From positions 1-64,000 of the IMG/VR virus record IMGVR_UViG_3300023235_000008: a DNA stretch of 64,000 nt. One strand, given 5' to 3'. Position numbers and translations under genes: made by a program. Shown one piece after another: positions 62,640 through 64,000 of this stretch. The stretch's first letter is position 1. Each line of letters begins with the position of its first letter. The notes under the pieces are model-generated. The model searched no databases. It saw only the letters and a program-made list of their open reading frames with translations, and was not told where the DNA came from.

Positions 62640-64000
62640 TATATTGAATAAAATAAAACTACTTGAAAATATTCTTATTGAATACTACGACTACAATAAT
62701 GAAGTATTGATGAAACGAATGAACCGAGATAACTCATTCGGTATGTATAAAGATAAGATTGGCGAAGAAGGTGAAAACTGGACCGATTGGCTTGCTGAAC
62801 AAGACCCAACGCAGAATAAAAAATACGTAAACTGGATGATTACCAGATACCTTAAAGGTGGTATTCAACGCCTCGAAGATATCCCATCAAAAATCACACC
62901 AGCATTAACAATCTATGCTAAACTAGCTGTAAAGAAAAAGCTAAATCCAGAACACCGTGATATCAATCGATTTAAAAACTTAGATCAATTCGTTGACGCA
63001 GTTGCTTCCTATACCGAAACAGTAGCGTCGGACGTTCTTTCCAGTAAGAAGGAAAAGAAGGTTAGTATTGAACAGGAAATGTATGCCAGCGGTGATGCTG
63101 AACTTGTATTCAACGACAAAGAATATAAGATAATTATTCCACATTCGCATAAGGCAAGTTGCTATTTCGGTAAAAATACAAAATGGTGCACGACTGCGGC
63201 TGACAATGATAGTTATCACAACCAGTATAGCGCACAGGGACCAATGTATATCATTTTACATAAACCAACGAATTCAAGATGGCAATTCCATTTTGAATCA
63301 AAGCAATATATGGATGAACAGGATCATCAAATTCAGTTGGGAACCTTCTTCGAAGAACATCCAACAATCTTTGATGTATTTCAAGAACGTGATCTATTGC
63401 CACCAAGTTTTACTATTATTCGAGATATACGTAAAGAGGGCGGTGTTACGAAAGACAACCTTAATGTTCTTTACGATGCGCTACGTGATGAAGGTGTCGC
63501 ACCGCATAATTTTCAACAGATGGATAAATCAAGCACTGATACTCGTCAAGATATTATGATTGAAGATTTCAGTGATGTTGCTGATTTTGCAAATGATAAA
63601 CTTAATAGCGATCACCCGGTTCACACATTGATCAATATTATCGAAGACCCAGATATGCTGGGTGAACTAACTGATTTTGAACCAACCGATATTCCCGATG
63701 ATTATTATGCCAAAATGATTGAATTATTGGAACCATATTATCAGGACAAAATCTTTCAGGCGGCGGGTAATACAGACGACCCACAACGTGCATTTTGGAG
63801 ACTTGAAAGAGAAGGACATCGATACTATAATCTTATGATTGATTCTTTTGAAAAAGCATTCAAAATCGGCGAGGGAAGCCAAGATGAGATTATTAAAAAT
63901 CTAAAAGAACGTGCTGTTAAATATATACAATATACTGCTTTTAATCCATCCTCACTTCAAGTGAGGATTGTTAACTATGACAGTGAAATCCAACTTATTG
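62632..64000 (+). CDS. Large phage protein with ASCYFG..TKWCT motif (PcfJ-like), runs off the window
   Basis: Open from ATG 62632 to the end (absent from the ORF track because it has no stop); DPT.NKKYV.W, DIN.FK, ASCYFGKNTKWCT, GP.YII, WQFHFES.QYMDEQD. Confidence 0.85.
   Translation, partial: MRDILNKIKLLENILIEYYDYNNEVLMKRMNRDNSFGMYKDKIGEEGENWTDWLAEQDPTQNKKYVNWMITRYLKGGIQRLEDIPSKITPALTIYAKLAVKKKLNPEHRDINRFKNLDQFVDAVASYTETVASDVLSSKKEKKVSIEQEMYASGDAELVFNDKEYKIIIPHSHKASCYFGKNTKWCTTAADNDSYHNQYSAQGPMYIILHKPTNSRWQFHFESKQYMDEQDHQIQLGTFFEEHPTIFDVFQERDLLPPSFTIIRDIRKEGGVTKDNLNVLYDALRDEGVAPHNFQQMDKSSTDTRQDIMIEDFSDVADFANDKLNSDHPVHTLINIIEDPDMLGELTDFEPTDIPDDYYAKMIELLEPYYQDKIFQAAGNTDDPQRAFWRLEREGHRYYNLMIDSFEKAFKIGEGSQDEIIKNLKERAVKYIQYTAFNPSSLQVRIVNYDSEIQLI

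Noticed and set aside
187-63559. Most short minus-strand and nested ORFs in the six-frame track
   Set aside because: They overlap well-supported genes on the other strand or frame and lack their own signals or recognisable motifs.
1-64000. tRNA, rRNA or tmRNA genes
   Set aside because: No cloverleaf with a GTTCGA T-loop and CCA end was found in the intergenic gaps by eye. tRNAscan-SE or ARAGORN would be decisive.

Overview
This is a 64-kb segment of a large (jumbo, T4-like) tailed-phage genome, about 90% coded on the + strand. Evidence: TATAAATA-type late promoters, virion-type genes at 56.6-61.4 kb, a DUF6267-like + cytidyltransferase pair, ClpX/bS21/Hsp20/ClpS, PstS, IF-1 and a CCA-adding enzyme. 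The host is probably a proteobacterium, likely alpha (inference from the PstS type, a ROSE-like thermometer and PurS). No tRNA, rRNA, CRISPR array, reverse transcriptase or integrase was seen. The most striking structure is a dispersed family of about 35 small cassette-like ORFs (23 intact, the rest empty, decayed or fused). They share a fixed N-terminal leader (M..KE.FW..L..P), a CxxC..C..C core with an unrelated variable middle, and a fixed C-terminal WEW[N/D]G. They sit at stop/start junctions and occupy four consecutive junctions of an otherwise conserved sugar-modification operon. A second expanded family (HRxDGPA repeat proteins) carries the same KE.FW motif at its C-terminus and has recombined with the first. 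Other highlights: a UDP-glucose dehydrogenase fractured by a split intein with a free-standing endonuclease between the halves; a covarying RNA hairpin leader shared by two unrelated homing-endonuclease genes; a ROSE-like RNA thermometer before hsp20; ORF-less promoter arrays; systematic leaderless early genes; miniature helicase-remnant proteins; an EcoRI-like R-M pair; and several non-triplet tandem duplications that break genes. All calls are by eye, with no database searches.
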